DNA of 32,000 nucleotides, from the NCBI RefSeq assembly GCF_000020025.1, contig NC_010628.1, positions 7,440,001-7,472,000 of the forward strand. The letters run 5' to 3'. Positions 10,047-20,526 of the stretch are shown piece after piece. Within the stretch, counting starts at the first letter, position 1, and every line of letters starts with the position of its first letter. This stretch comes from Nostoc punctiforme PCC 73102. GTDB taxonomy: Bacteria; Cyanobacteriota; Cyanobacteriia; Cyanobacteriales; Nostocaceae. The notes under the pieces were generated by a model. It did not search any database and had not been told where the DNA came from. It was given only the letters and a program-made list of their open reading frames with translations. A program made the translations under genes and the position numbers.

Positions 10047-10436
10047 ATGGAATACTTGTACTATCTGGCAAATGCCAGTCTAACCCTGAGGGTCGTTCAA
10101 CACCTGCACGCTAGACCCCAGACACCAGTTTCGTTCGTCACCGTGATTCATCAAATTGATGGCTGGGTGGTTAGGATCAAACTCAAAGGTCAAGTCTCGC
10201 CCCAAGAAGATGGCGACTTTCGGGCTTTTCTAAATGAATTAGGAATTAGCTATGAGCCACCAATGAGGGTGCAAATGGCACTTTGGAGTTTAGAAGCGGG
10301 ACAATGCCCTGTGGACGTGATGCGTCGCTACCAGGTAGCGATCGTTTCTCATGGTAGTCCAGAGAGAGACGAAATCGAAGCTTTCCGGCAACAGTTTGTT
10401 CGGGGCTTAGGCTACTGCCCAGAAACTTTGGCGTAA
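10047..10436 (+). CDS. Hypothetical protein (129 aa)
   Basis: ATG-initiated ORF in a gene-sized gap, with non-repetitive composition. No motif was recognised. Confidence 0.55.
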   Translation: MEYLYYLANASLTLRVVQHLHARPQTPVSFVTVIHQIDGWVVRIKLKGQVSPQEDGDFRAFLNELGISYEPPMRVQMALWSLEAGQCPVDVMRRYQVAIVSHGSPERDEIEAFRQQFVRGLGYCPETLA

Positions 10437-10499
10437 TAACATTTGGTTGTAACGCCAGCACATAATTATTGGTAATTAAGATATTTTATCCATTACCAA

Positions 10500-11042
10500 T
10501 TAACCATTATCAATTGAAGAGTCGAAAGCTGCCAGAATGTATTCTTGCAGCTTAAACTTATATTCGGCTGTTGATGAAGTAGCAAGAGCTTCCTGAGTTG
10601 CTATAACCGCAGTCTGATTTTTTGATATCCTTTGACAGTAGACAATAGCAACATCAAATCGGCAAGAATAATCCGCCTTTTCAGGGTACTGGGCCAAGAA
10701 TATTCCAGCTGTCCGTGAGATTTTTGCTTGCTTTTGTGGGGTGATGGCGCTTCTTCCCCCTGCATCCCAACTCCCTGAACTGCGGGTTTTGACTTCAACA
10801 AATGCCAATAATGAGTGCTGAGTGCTGTTAGCGGTAGCGGGGCGTTTAGCCCGTAAGGAGTGTTGAGTAAGGAGTTTTTCCCCAGTTTGTCCATCATGTT
10901 GAGCAATAATATCAATTTCCCCCCAGCGACTAGCAAAGCGACGATGGAGAATTATCCAACCAGTAGATTGCAACCATTGGGCAACTAGGTCTTCTCCTAA
11001 ATGACCAATATCTGGATAATGAGATGGAGGAAGGTTAGCCAT
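10500..11042 (-). CDS. yraN: YraN/UPF0102-family endonuclease-like protein carrying an internal insertion
   Basis: [32 protein letters not shown] ... FVEVKTRS ... CRFDVAIV matches the UPF0102 pattern. At 180 aa it is longer than the roughly 120-aa family norm. Confidence 0.75.
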   Translation of the reverse strand: MANLPPSHYPDIGHLGEDLVAQWLQSTGWIILHRRFASRWGEIDIIAQHDGQTGEKLLTQHSLRAKRPATANSTQHSLLAFVEVKTRSSGSWDAGGRSAITPQKQAKISRTAGIFLAQYPEKADYSCRFDVAIVYCQRISKNQTAVIATQEALATSSTAEYKFKLQEYILAAFDSSIDNG

Positions 11043-11065
11043 TGACGAAAAATATCATAAATTCT

Positions 11066-11641
11066 ATGAATTCTAGGTTAAGCGATTGCACAGCAGGTTC
11101 TAAACTCGACTCATCCCGAACACAATTCGGGTTGAAGCGTCAGACTGACTATCACTTTTGGACAAATATACTCAGCTTATTCTTGTGGGGAATGATTAGC
11201 ATCACCGCAACGCTCGGTTTTGCTCCAACAGCTTTGGCACTCGAATATAATAAGGAGATTTTGGTCGAGGCTGATTTTTCAGGGCGTGATTTAACAGACT
11301 CTAGCTTTACCAAAGCTAATCTTCGCCAGAGTAACTTCAGCCGAGCTAATTTGAACGGTGTCAGTTTCTTTGCAGCAAATTTAGAGTCTGCGAATTTGGA
11401 GGGTTCTGATTTAAGAAATGCCACTTTAGACTCGGCTCGTTTAGTTAGAGCAAATTTGACAAATGCACTGTTAGAGGGTGCATTTGCCGCTAATGCCAGA
11501 TTTGATGGTGCAATCATTGACGGAGCAGATTTTACCGATACGCTGCTGCGTCCCGATGAACAAAAAAAATTGTGCAAACTTGCCAAAGGGACTAATCCAA
11601 CCACAGGACGAGATACGCGTGACACGTTGTTTTGTCCTTAG
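11066..11641 (+). CDS. Pentapeptide-repeat protein (probably exported/lumenal)
   Basis: Runs of A(D/N)LxX pentapeptides: [56 protein letters not shown]. An N-terminal hydrophobic segment is present. The track start at 11042 is a TTG; the ATG at 11066 is used here. Confidence 0.8.
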   Translation: MNSRLSDCTAGSKLDSSRTQFGLKRQTDYHFWTNILSLFLWGMISITATLGFAPTALALEYNKEILVEADFSGRDLTDSSFTKANLRQSNFSRANLNGVSFFAANLESANLEGSDLRNATLDSARLVRANLTNALLEGAFAANARFDGAIIDGADFTDTLLRPDEQKKLCKLAKGTNPTTGRDTRDTLFCP

Positions 11642-11710
11642 TATTTTCTACTGGGAATTGGGCATTGGTTATTCTCCATTCCCTATTCCCCATCAACAAA
11701 TATTGAGCCA

Positions 11711-12112
11711 CTACCAACCAAGGGCCCCAATCTTTTGACAAACAATTTTCATTCCTTTGCCTGGTGAAGAATTGGCGACAAAAGGTATTTCTCCTTTCTC
11801 CTTATCCTCTTGAAGTAGCTGTCCCTCTGAACCGTAAATGGCAATGTGATTCCGAAAAAGCCGCGATTCAGAACATGATGCATCGAATGTAGTCTCGAAG
11901 ATGCCATCTCCGTATATGCCATAAAGCTTGTATGTTGTGCCCTTTATAGTTTTTGTGTCCAGAGCTACGCTGTTTCCTAATTTATCATGCCCCACAGTGA
12001 TATATCTTTGTACATCTTGGGCGATGGCTGCGCCAACACCTTCAGCGATCGCACTACCATTGCTCAATAAGATAGCGATCGCTCCTACCATACCGCCGAT
12101 TTTAAAATACAT
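11711..12112 (-). CDS. Hypothetical secreted protein (133 aa)
   Basis: ATG start with a signal-peptide-like N-terminus (MYFKIGGMVGAIAILLSNGSAIAEG). No motif was recognised. Confidence 0.55.
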   Translation of the reverse strand: MYFKIGGMVGAIAILLSNGSAIAEGVGAAIAQDVQRYITVGHDKLGNSVALDTKTIKGTTYKLYGIYGDGIFETTFDASCSESRLFRNHIAIYGSEGQLLQEDKEKGEIPFVANSSPGKGMKIVCQKIGALGW

Positions 12113-12281
12113 ACGGTTTCAAAATATAAGATTTGATATATTTTTACCCGCAATCAAAGTTGTTCTGGCATGGTAGAAGCACTGAAAAGTTAAATTACTG
12201 ACAACTTTCACGAAGTCGGCGATCTGAATACCGCGAATGTTCACAAATCCAGGACTTATGCAAATAATAGCTAAAACCCTA

Positions 12282-12307
12282 TAGGGGCAATTCATGAATT
12301 GTCCCTA
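12282..12307. repeat. Palindromic hairpin repeat TAGGGGCAATTCA/TGAATTGTCCCTA, a possible terminator for the amidase gene
   Basis: 13-nt arms with one mismatch (a G-U pair in RNA), 60-85 nt downstream of the minus-strand stop at 12367. It resembles dispersed Nostoc palindromic repeats. Confidence 0.55.
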
Positions 12308-12366
12308 CAATCTTTAGTTTGGCCTAAGAAATAACATTGCTATAGCTCGTAAGTTTAACTCCCGAT

Positions 12367-14121
12367 CTATCGAACGCTTTTAAACCACTCAGTAATCCCC
12401 TGAGCGATCGCATCAGCCATTTTCTTCTGTTCTTTTGGGTTCACTACCTGCTCAAATTCATCAGGATTGCTCATAAAACCCAATTCCAGTAACACCGATG
12501 GCGCAGCTGCTGGGCGTGTCAGCGCTAGGTTGTCCCAAAACACACCATAAGAAGGTTTGCCGAGTTTTTTAACAACATAGGTCTGTAAAAATATTGCCAG
12601 GCTGTGGGCTTGGGGTTGATACCAAAAAGCCGCGAATCCCTTGGTTTTTTCAGCATCGCCATCATCGGGTAGAGAGTTGTGGTGTATGGAAATAGCGATC
12701 GCAGGTTCTTCTTTACTAATAATTGCCTGACGTTCTGCTAGAGAAACCTCCTTATCGTCCTCCCGCGTCATCACTACCGTTGCTCCTCGCTTCACCAAAT
12801 CGTCCCGCAGCAACTTAGATACCAGCAAATTCACATCTTTTTTTAAATATCCAGTTGGGCCACTGGCACCAGTTTCTTTACCGCCATGCCCTGGATCGAG
12901 TACAATCTTGAGATTAGCTAAAGGCTTGCGTCTTGTGTTCCCAATATTAGGCGGATGACGCAAAGCCAAAACCAGGGTTGTACCGTCGTATCTCAGCTTA
13001 TATCCCCACTGTTGAGCTTTTTTGAGGTTAAAGGTGTATTTTACTTGTTCTGGAGCCTCCTGTTGCCAATCTAGCCGAGAAATTAGAGGGTCATCATCCA
13101 GGCGAATAATGTCTGTTTGGGCAGTAGTATTGTAGAGAGTGAGAGCGAGAGCTTTCTCACTTTGTTGCACGCTCACAGGTACGGGAACTTGTAAGGGGAA
13201 AAATATCTCTGTCGCACCAGGGAGTTGACGGTATCCGACACTGCGAATTATTGTTTGTGGCGGAATTGCACCAGGTAGAATGCGAGTTTCCTGACTATTA
13301 ATCCAAGCGCCATAGTCTAGGCGCAACCATTCACCTTCCTTACCTGTTACTGTTGCACGTGTGCCTTTAGGCAGTGGCGTGAGTCGAGAATAATCGGTGC
13401 TTGGGCCAGTGCGAGCAACGCCTGACTCTACTGTAACCTCAGAAACCGGCAACTCTGCTCTTGAGAGGATTTGAATTTTACCAGCCCCTGGTTGAGTTAT
13501 CGTCTTGCCATTGAGTGTTAGTTGAAACTGAGGTTTTCCCAGATCGGCGGCTGTAGCCACTGTGGTGCAACCTTTATAATTGCCTACGCTAAACTGGGCA
13601 TGAGGCTGATTTTGTCCTGTCAGTGCTGCCAAATTATTTGGTAGTTGTGCCTGTTGGGGTTGGGGTGAAAGGGCAATTGTTTGATTAGCCAGGGTTACAG
13701 AGACATTGGCGTTAGGGGGTGCAATCGCGCTAAAACAAATTAGTTCTCCTGGTAGTCTGGCAATGTCAGCTGCGGGAGTCAAGGAATCTTTAGCAAAGGC
13801 TACCCCCTGTGGTAGTTCAGGGCTAGTGTTAACCCTTATCACCTTAATTTTAAGTTCTTGATTCTGGCGACGCACAGTAAAAAGATTCTCCCCCAACTGC
13901 AAGGGGAAACTAGGGGAAAAATGACCAGCTTTGCTGCGGTTAATTGGCTTACTATTGATCAAAACCTCACCATCTGGTGGAGCAGTCCCCAGAAAAAAGA
14001 TTTTTTGGGAACTCGTCTGGTAGTTTGTCTCAGGAAAAACGACTATAAGAGATGGCTCTGCCAATGCTACGGAGGATGTGAGAATACAGCCTAATATTAC
14101 TAATCCTAAAAGGTTTTTCAC
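12367..14121 (-). CDS. N-acetylmuramoyl-L-alanine amidase (Amidase_3 family) with a long N-terminal domain region
   Basis: GTG start and signal peptide (MKNLLGLVILGCILTSSVALA). The C-terminal catalytic domain shows LKIVLDPGHGGKETGA ... AIAISIHHNSL ... LLELGFMSNP. Confidence 0.88.
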   Translation of the reverse strand: MKNLLGLVILGCILTSSVALAEPSLIVVFPETNYQTSSQKIFFLGTAPPDGEVLINSKPINRSKAGHFSPSFPLQLGENLFTVRRQNQELKIKVIRVNTSPELPQGVAFAKDSLTPAADIARLPGELICFSAIAPPNANVSVTLANQTIALSPQPQQAQLPNNLAALTGQNQPHAQFSVGNYKGCTTVATAADLGKPQFQLTLNGKTITQPGAGKIQILSRAELPVSEVTVESGVARTGPSTDYSRLTPLPKGTRATVTGKEGEWLRLDYGAWINSQETRILPGAIPPQTIIRSVGYRQLPGATEIFFPLQVPVPVSVQQSEKALALTLYNTTAQTDIIRLDDDPLISRLDWQQEAPEQVKYTFNLKKAQQWGYKLRYDGTTLVLALRHPPNIGNTRRKPLANLKIVLDPGHGGKETGASGPTGYLKKDVNLLVSKLLRDDLVKRGATVVMTREDDKEVSLAERQAIISKEEPAIAISIHHNSLPDDGDAEKTKGFAAFWYQPQAHSLAIFLQTYVVKKLGKPSYGVFWDNLALTRPAAAPSVLLELGFMSNPDEFEQVVNPKEQKKMADAIAQGITEWFKSVR

Positions 14122-14181
14122 AGCAAATCACAGAAGATTACACCACAACAACTGTGGCACAATGACGGGATGTATTTTTAG

Positions 14182-15843
<1,662 letters not shown>

Positions 15844-15967
15844 CAATTCATAATTCAAACAAATTAATTTGATTTTGAATTGGTACACGGCAACATAAAC
15901 TTAAGGCTTCAGTAGACTTAGACATACAGGGTGCATCATTCGTAAATTTTGGACTTGAGGAGATGTT

Positions 15968-16390
15968 GTGGCGTACTGGGTGAAAATCCTTTACGAGAGG
16001 AGAGAATATGTAGTGAATTTTGAACGTGTCCATGCTTTTTGTTATGAAGTGAATGGCAGGGTTACTTTTTGGCTACCCGATAGTGCCATTCCAATAGTCA
16101 TTAATCCACAAAGTAACCTAGAAGATTATCAAAAGATTCTCGATTATTTAGAATGTGTGACAAGTTTAGAATTAGATCATGCCCACTGGGTGAAAATTCT
16201 TTACGAAAAAAACGAATATGTAATTAATCTCAACTGCATCAGTTCCTTTTGTTATGAACCGAATGGTAGGATAACTTTCTGGTTGCCAGATGGCACTATA
16301 CCCATCATCATTAATCCTGTGAGTAATCCCGAATCATATCAAAAAGTTGTGCAATACGTTCACAAAGCAACGGGCTATTCTTTATCTTAA
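15968..16390 (+). CDS. Small protein made of two tandem copies of a roughly 70-aa module, function unknown
   Basis: GTG start 5 nt after GAGGAG. WVKILYE..EYV.N......FCYE.NGR.TFWLPD..IPI.INP.SN.E.YQK occurs twice with a 210-nt offset (TGGGTGAAAAT at 15977 and 16187). Confidence 0.65.
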   Translation: MAYWVKILYERREYVVNFERVHAFCYEVNGRVTFWLPDSAIPIVINPQSNLEDYQKILDYLECVTSLELDHAHWVKILYEKNEYVINLNCISSFCYEPNGRITFWLPDGTIPIIINPVSNPESYQKVVQYVHKATGYSLS

Positions 16391-16513
16391 AATTATTAAT
16401 TAGATTTTAGACTTTCCTGCGGAATGTTACGCGAACACTGTGAAGGTAGCTCGACTGAGCGATCGCAGAACGTCTCAGCCGAACGATTTTAGTAACTCAA
16501 CAATTCCTGTTCC

Positions 16514-16538
16514 AATTACGAATTACGAATTACGAATT
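16514..16538. repeat. Heptanucleotide tandem repeat, about 3.5 x AATTACG (a cyclic permutation of ACGAATT at 4712-4746, same strand)
   Basis: Read directly from the sequence. It overlaps the 3' end and stop codon (16530-16532) of the ureohydrolase gene. Confidence 0.9.
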
Positions 16539-17573
16539 CTGTTTTGACAAATCCATCAAATTTGCCAGCTTGTAAACTACCCGCGCTCCAACATTACCAT
16601 CCCATTCGGCATCACCGACTTCACAAATATCAAAGCCAATAATTTTTCTACCACTCTTGACTAATTCCCGGAACAGAAAAAATGTTTGCTCTAATTCCAA
16701 TCCACCGGGAACAGGAGTACCTGTACTGGGACAGAGTTTTGGATCTAGACCATCGACATCAAAGCTAATGTAAACAAACTCAGGTAAATGACTGATAATT
16801 TCTCGGCATAAATCAAGCCAAGTTGTTCCAGAGTAAAGCTTTTGTTTAATGGCTGGGTCGTAATATGCAATAATGCGACTCTCAGATTGGTCTATCATTT
16901 GCACTTCATCATGACTAATATCACGCAAACCCACTTGCACTAGCTTGGAAATTTGCGGTATTTTCATTGCATTAAACATAATAGACGCATGGGAAAACTC
17001 AAATCCCTCATAAGCATCGCGTAAATCTGCGTGGGCATCAATGTGCAAAATGCCATAGTTGGTGTAGTTCGCCGCTAATGCTTGGAAATAACCTAACGGT
17101 GAACTGTGATCTCCTCCAATAACTGCGACTCCTTTACCTTTGCTAATTGCTTCTTGGCAATTGTCAAACAGCCATTGATTTACCTGTTCCCCAGCCTGAT
17201 TAATTTCTGTGAGGACAGATGTTAAATCTGGTGTATCTGAGAGTTCTTTACCTTGGGCTAATCGCTCAATAATTTTTGCTGCCAAGGCGCGGTAGTATGT
17301 ATTCTTCTCTAAAATATCTTGGGGAATTTCTACCATGAAAATTCCCTGCTTCCAACCATTAGGGTTATCGAAATCGAACAAATCTAATTGAGTTGAAGTA
17401 TCAAGAATTCGCTGGGGGCCATTAGCTGTGCCTGCGCCATAAGAAACAGTGACTTCCCACGGCACACCAAAGACAATCAGGTTTGCAGATTCATAATCGC
17501 AGGGCAAACCTAAGAGGTTGCCATTTATTTCACCTACGCCGCTAGGATTGTAGTCTTGTAGTTGATTACTCAT
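16530..17573 (-). CDS. Arginase/agmatinase-family ureohydrolase
   Basis: Metal-binding motifs GGDHS, HIDAHADL and SFDVDGLDP in a 347-aa protein. The substrate (agmatine, guanidino compound, etc.) cannot be assigned from sequence alone. Confidence 0.85.
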   Translation of the reverse strand: MSNQLQDYNPSGVGEINGNLLGLPCDYESANLIVFGVPWEVTVSYGAGTANGPQRILDTSTQLDLFDFDNPNGWKQGIFMVEIPQDILEKNTYYRALAAKIIERLAQGKELSDTPDLTSVLTEINQAGEQVNQWLFDNCQEAISKGKGVAVIGGDHSSPLGYFQALAANYTNYGILHIDAHADLRDAYEGFEFSHASIMFNAMKIPQISKLVQVGLRDISHDEVQMIDQSESRIIAYYDPAIKQKLYSGTTWLDLCREIISHLPEFVYISFDVDGLDPKLCPSTGTPVPGGLELEQTFFLFRELVKSGRKIIGFDICEVGDAEWDGNVGARVVYKLANLMDLSKQNS

Positions 17574-17640
17574 CGATTATTTTCTGGATTTACGTGGATA
17601 TACAGTACGCCGCCTAGTGCTAAGGTGCATAGTCATTGGA

Positions 17641-17754
17641 GATCCCCCTTAATCCCCCTTAAAAAGGGGGAAAATTAAGACATTCTTAGCCCCCCTTAAA
17701 AAGGGGAAAATAAGCCATTCTTAGCCCCCCTTAAAAAGGGGGGTTGGGGGGATC
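17641..17754. repeat. MITE-like palindromic repeat element with three CCCCCTTAAAAAGGGGG hairpins
   Basis: It starts GATCCCCC and ends GGGGGGATC (terminal inverted repeats). Inside is a roughly 35-bp unit (CATTCTTAGCCCCCCTTAAAAAGGGG) repeated in tandem. It is flanked by imperfect direct repeats: ACAGTACGCCGCCTAGTG (17602-17619) and ACAGTATTGCCGCCTAGTG (17770-17788). Confidence 0.6.
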
Positions 17755-17827
17755 GACTCAATATCTACACAGTATTGCCGCCTAGTGGACATCTGCATTC
17801 TAATCAAAATTTTTCACTGACGGTAAA

Positions 17828-19420
17828 CTACAACGCCTCTATTACTTGGTCGAAATTGCGGCGATATATCTGTTGGCTGTAGTCCTCCCACTCTTTATCT
17901 GACGAGTGGGGCGATCGCTGTAATGTTGCCTCTTGGACGTATGCTATCAATGGGCGACGAAGATGTTCGTATTTCTTGAAGGCTTTGGCTATAGTTTGCA
18001 GATTATCCCAGTTATTCTCCTCAGTAATTTTAGCGATGAGTGTTGTAACAACTAGTGCATCTTCCAATCCTTGATTAGCTCCTTGAGCCATGAAGGGTGG
18101 CATTCCATGTGCGGCATCGCCAACTAAGACGATTCGCCCTACACTCCAGGCTGGTGGAATTTTGGCAGGATTAGCTTCAGGATTGAGGTCAGTTGGGTTA
18201 GAAACTTGTAGAGAATCCAAAATGCTAGCGCGGTGAATGTAGTATGGACGCTGCTGCATATTGGCAGGAGGAGACATACGCACTAATTGCTTGAGCGCAT
18301 CAGGAAACCCTGCTTTTTCCAACTCCTGCAAAGCTAAATCAATTAAAGAACTTTCAAATTTTCCTTGCAATGAGTCTAAAGGCAAAGCAAGATGTATTAT
18401 GTACCCTAGTTCACCAGTTGGTCTGTAATATAAGATTATCCGAATGTTATTTATACAAACAGAATTTCCAGATTTTTCATCGTTAGTGATTGTTATAAGT
18501 GTTGAGCCTTGAAAAAAATCTTCTTCTAGTTTTGTCCATAGTTCCTTTGGTACTTCAGTTATTTCTCTACAAAATATAGCTGCAAATCCAGAGTATTCAG
18601 GTCGGGCAAAATTATGATATTGAGTATCTGTGTAAAGCAGCCTACGAACTGTAGAATTAATCCCATCTGCTGCAACAATTAGTTTAGCTCTAATGGATTT
18701 TGTTGCTAATTCTTGGGGAGGGATATCTGAGTTTTGGTGCTGCATCTCATTATTTTTCTGCCCATCTGTCCAATAGGCATAAGGGTTGGCTTCTATTCCT
18801 GTATCACCTACACAATCTATGCGGACACAACCTTTTTCCGGCTCATTCACAACATTAATGCAACGGTGATTAGCTTTAACTAGGTCTGGTGGAAGTAGCT
18901 GTCTGAGGGTTGTCTGCAAATTGTACCAAGAAATTGACACTCGACCCTCACCATAATCTTGAAGCCAGTCATCAAAACTAAGCGAAATTGAATTAATTAT
19001 CTCGCCCTTTAAATTTTTGTAAGCCCATTGTGGTGAGGATTTTAGAGGCTGTTGCTTTTGATTAGGTTCGACAGTTTCCTGGTCATTAGACTGTTTGGGA
19101 TTCAATAAACCCAGTCCAGTTTTTTTGACTTCTTCGTAAGCATTAGGATCTAAATGTTTAAGAGCTTTTAATCCATTGGGCAGAAGATCCAATGTTTGCC
19201 CAATTTGACGAAAGGCGCGAGTTTGATCGATGACAAGGATATTTTCAATTCCACGTTTACGTAAACCAATGGCAGTTGCTAACCCAATAGGCCCAGCACC
19301 AACCACTACAACATCGTAGATTTCTTGAGAGGTAGAAGAGGAGATAACAGATGCAGGTAAGTTATCAGCTTTGGTTGATGTGCTTGTATGTGTATGAGGA
19401 GTTGATTTAGTTTCTGGCAT
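17828..19420 (-). CDS. FAD-dependent monooxygenase (UbiH/salicylate hydroxylase-like)
   Basis: Dinucleotide-binding motif VVVVGAGPIGLATAIG and the GDAAHGMPPFMAQGANQGLEDA motif. The track ORF starts at a TTG (19456); the ATG at 19420 (MPETKST) is preferred. It has a Ser/Thr/His-rich N-terminal extension. Confidence 0.8.
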   Translation of the reverse strand: MPETKSTPHTHTSTSTKADNLPASVISSSTSQEIYDVVVVGAGPIGLATAIGLRKRGIENILVIDQTRAFRQIGQTLDLLPNGLKALKHLDPNAYEEVKKTGLGLLNPKQSNDQETVEPNQKQQPLKSSPQWAYKNLKGEIINSISLSFDDWLQDYGEGRVSISWYNLQTTLRQLLPPDLVKANHRCINVVNEPEKGCVRIDCVGDTGIEANPYAYWTDGQKNNEMQHQNSDIPPQELATKSIRAKLIVAADGINSTVRRLLYTDTQYHNFARPEYSGFAAIFCREITEVPKELWTKLEEDFFQGSTLITITNDEKSGNSVCINNIRIILYYRPTGELGYIIHLALPLDSLQGKFESSLIDLALQELEKAGFPDALKQLVRMSPPANMQQRPYYIHRASILDSLQVSNPTDLNPEANPAKIPPAWSVGRIVLVGDAAHGMPPFMAQGANQGLEDALVVTTLIAKITEENNWDNLQTIAKAFKKYEHLRRPLIAYVQEATLQRSPHSSDKEWEDYSQQIYRRNFDQVIEAL

Positions 19421-19524
19421 ATTTATACATAGGAATTTGGAATAGAAGCTGGGCAATTCAAAAGTTTGTATAAAAAAGTGAAGCTTCGAGTTCAGAGATC
19501 GGGCGATCGCATGATTGCTTAATC

Positions 19525-19941
19525 TTACGACTTAGGAGACAGTTCAAAAGCCATCTGCGAACGATAAAAACAGACATCGAATTCCACAAAAAAATTCATG
19601 CGTCCTAGAAGTAACGGCACATTATCAGTAACACTCCAAGCAAATACCAAGCGAACTGGTGCAAAACTGGCTATTTGAGCAGATAAAATTAACCCTTTTG
19701 CTTCAACTGGTGCTAGATTTCCAGCTAGTTGCACTGAGGTTGTTAGTTCTTCCCATACCGCCCCTAACTGAATACCTACACTGTAAGGTAAAACATTAAT
19801 GCTAGCTCCAGTATCTAATAGACCCGAAACGTTAACAACGGAATTTTTGTAGCTTAACGTTAAAGGTAATATTGGTACTGCATCGATATCTCCAAACACA
19901 TCACGACTTTCAACGAAGAGAAATCTTTGTGAATTAAGCAT
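19525..19941 (-). CDS. Retropepsin-like (single-domain) aspartic protease
   Basis: Active-site LLDTGAS (Asp codon 19813-19815) and a later LLGRMNFF motif in a 138-aa protein. This size fits a homodimeric retropepsin fold. Confidence 0.75.
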   Translation of the reverse strand: MLNSQRFLFVESRDVFGDIDAVPILPLTLSYKNSVVNVSGLLDTGASINVLPYSVGIQLGAVWEELTTSVQLAGNLAPVEAKGLILSAQIASFAPVRLVFAWSVTDNVPLLLGRMNFFVEFDVCFYRSQMAFELSPKS

Positions 19942-20152
19942 CGTTTACCTGTTTGTCTTGTTCTAGCAGTGCAGCTAGTTTATTAGCAGCTTCATGAGAA
20001 TTATAGGGAGACCACACATGATAAGTGACTCCTGGCTGTAACGATAATGCTTCTTCTTCAGTTGCTAGTTCTTGAACTAAAAACTGCATGACCTTGAGTT
20101 TATCTGCACGAGATAGCTTGTGCAAGGTTGGGAATAAATCTGCTGCGCTCAT
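19934..20152 (-). CDS. Small acidic helical protein (72 aa), translationally coupled to the protease gene
   Basis: ATG start. Its stop overlaps the downstream ATG in the sequence ATGCTTAA (19941-19934). The N-terminus LSRADKLKVMQFLVQELA resembles small addiction-module/antitoxin-type helices (weak, from memory). Confidence 0.6.
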   Translation of the reverse strand: MSAADLFPTLHKLSRADKLKVMQFLVQELATEEEALSLQPGVTYHVWSPYNSHEAANKLAALLEQDKQVNDA

Positions 20153-20526
20153 ATCAAGTTGAAGATCGCGACTAAATACTTTTTATATTTTTACAACTAC
20201 TATAAGGTGATTACAAAGTTTGTGGCGTAGGCGTAGCCTTCCGCAGGCATCACTATTGGTCAATTCTCAAATAAAGACAAAGCGATCGCCCTTTTTGCTC
20301 GATAGTTCGTGTAAAAAGGTGCAAGGTTAGAGTTCAGAGGTGTAATGATGATGCTTTGAGGTCGAGCATAGACACGTAGGAACCTGCTATGTCTATGACG
20401 AGCTACGCTAACGCACATTGCGCTGATGCAATCCTTGATACAGGGTACATTATTAATTAGCTTAATTTCTCTGCTGCGCGTCCAAGCAGCAACTCGTCGT
20501 CAGGCATAGCCTTTGTAAAACCCAAA

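Noticed and set aside
10601-10936. 111-aa minus-strand ORF in an alternative frame within the YraN-like gene, and the 71-aa ORF at 10246-10461
   Set aside because: They overlap better-supported genes and have no motifs of their own.
11152-11625. 157-aa minus-strand ORF, and the 86-aa plus-strand ORF at 11478-11738, overlapping the pentapeptide-repeat gene
   Set aside because: These are antisense or alternative-frame ORFs produced by the repetitive pentapeptide coding sequence. Only the plus-strand frame at 11066-11641 gives the canonical A(D/N)LxX pattern.
20153-20526. Possible small gene or ncRNA in the 374-bp divergent region between the protease pair and ROCO-TIR
   Set aside because: Only very short ORFs are present (e.g. 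a 23-codon ATG ORF near 20390), along with a CATAGACA...TGTCTATG hairpin and Nostoc-type GC-rich repeats. Nothing can be supported without transcript data.
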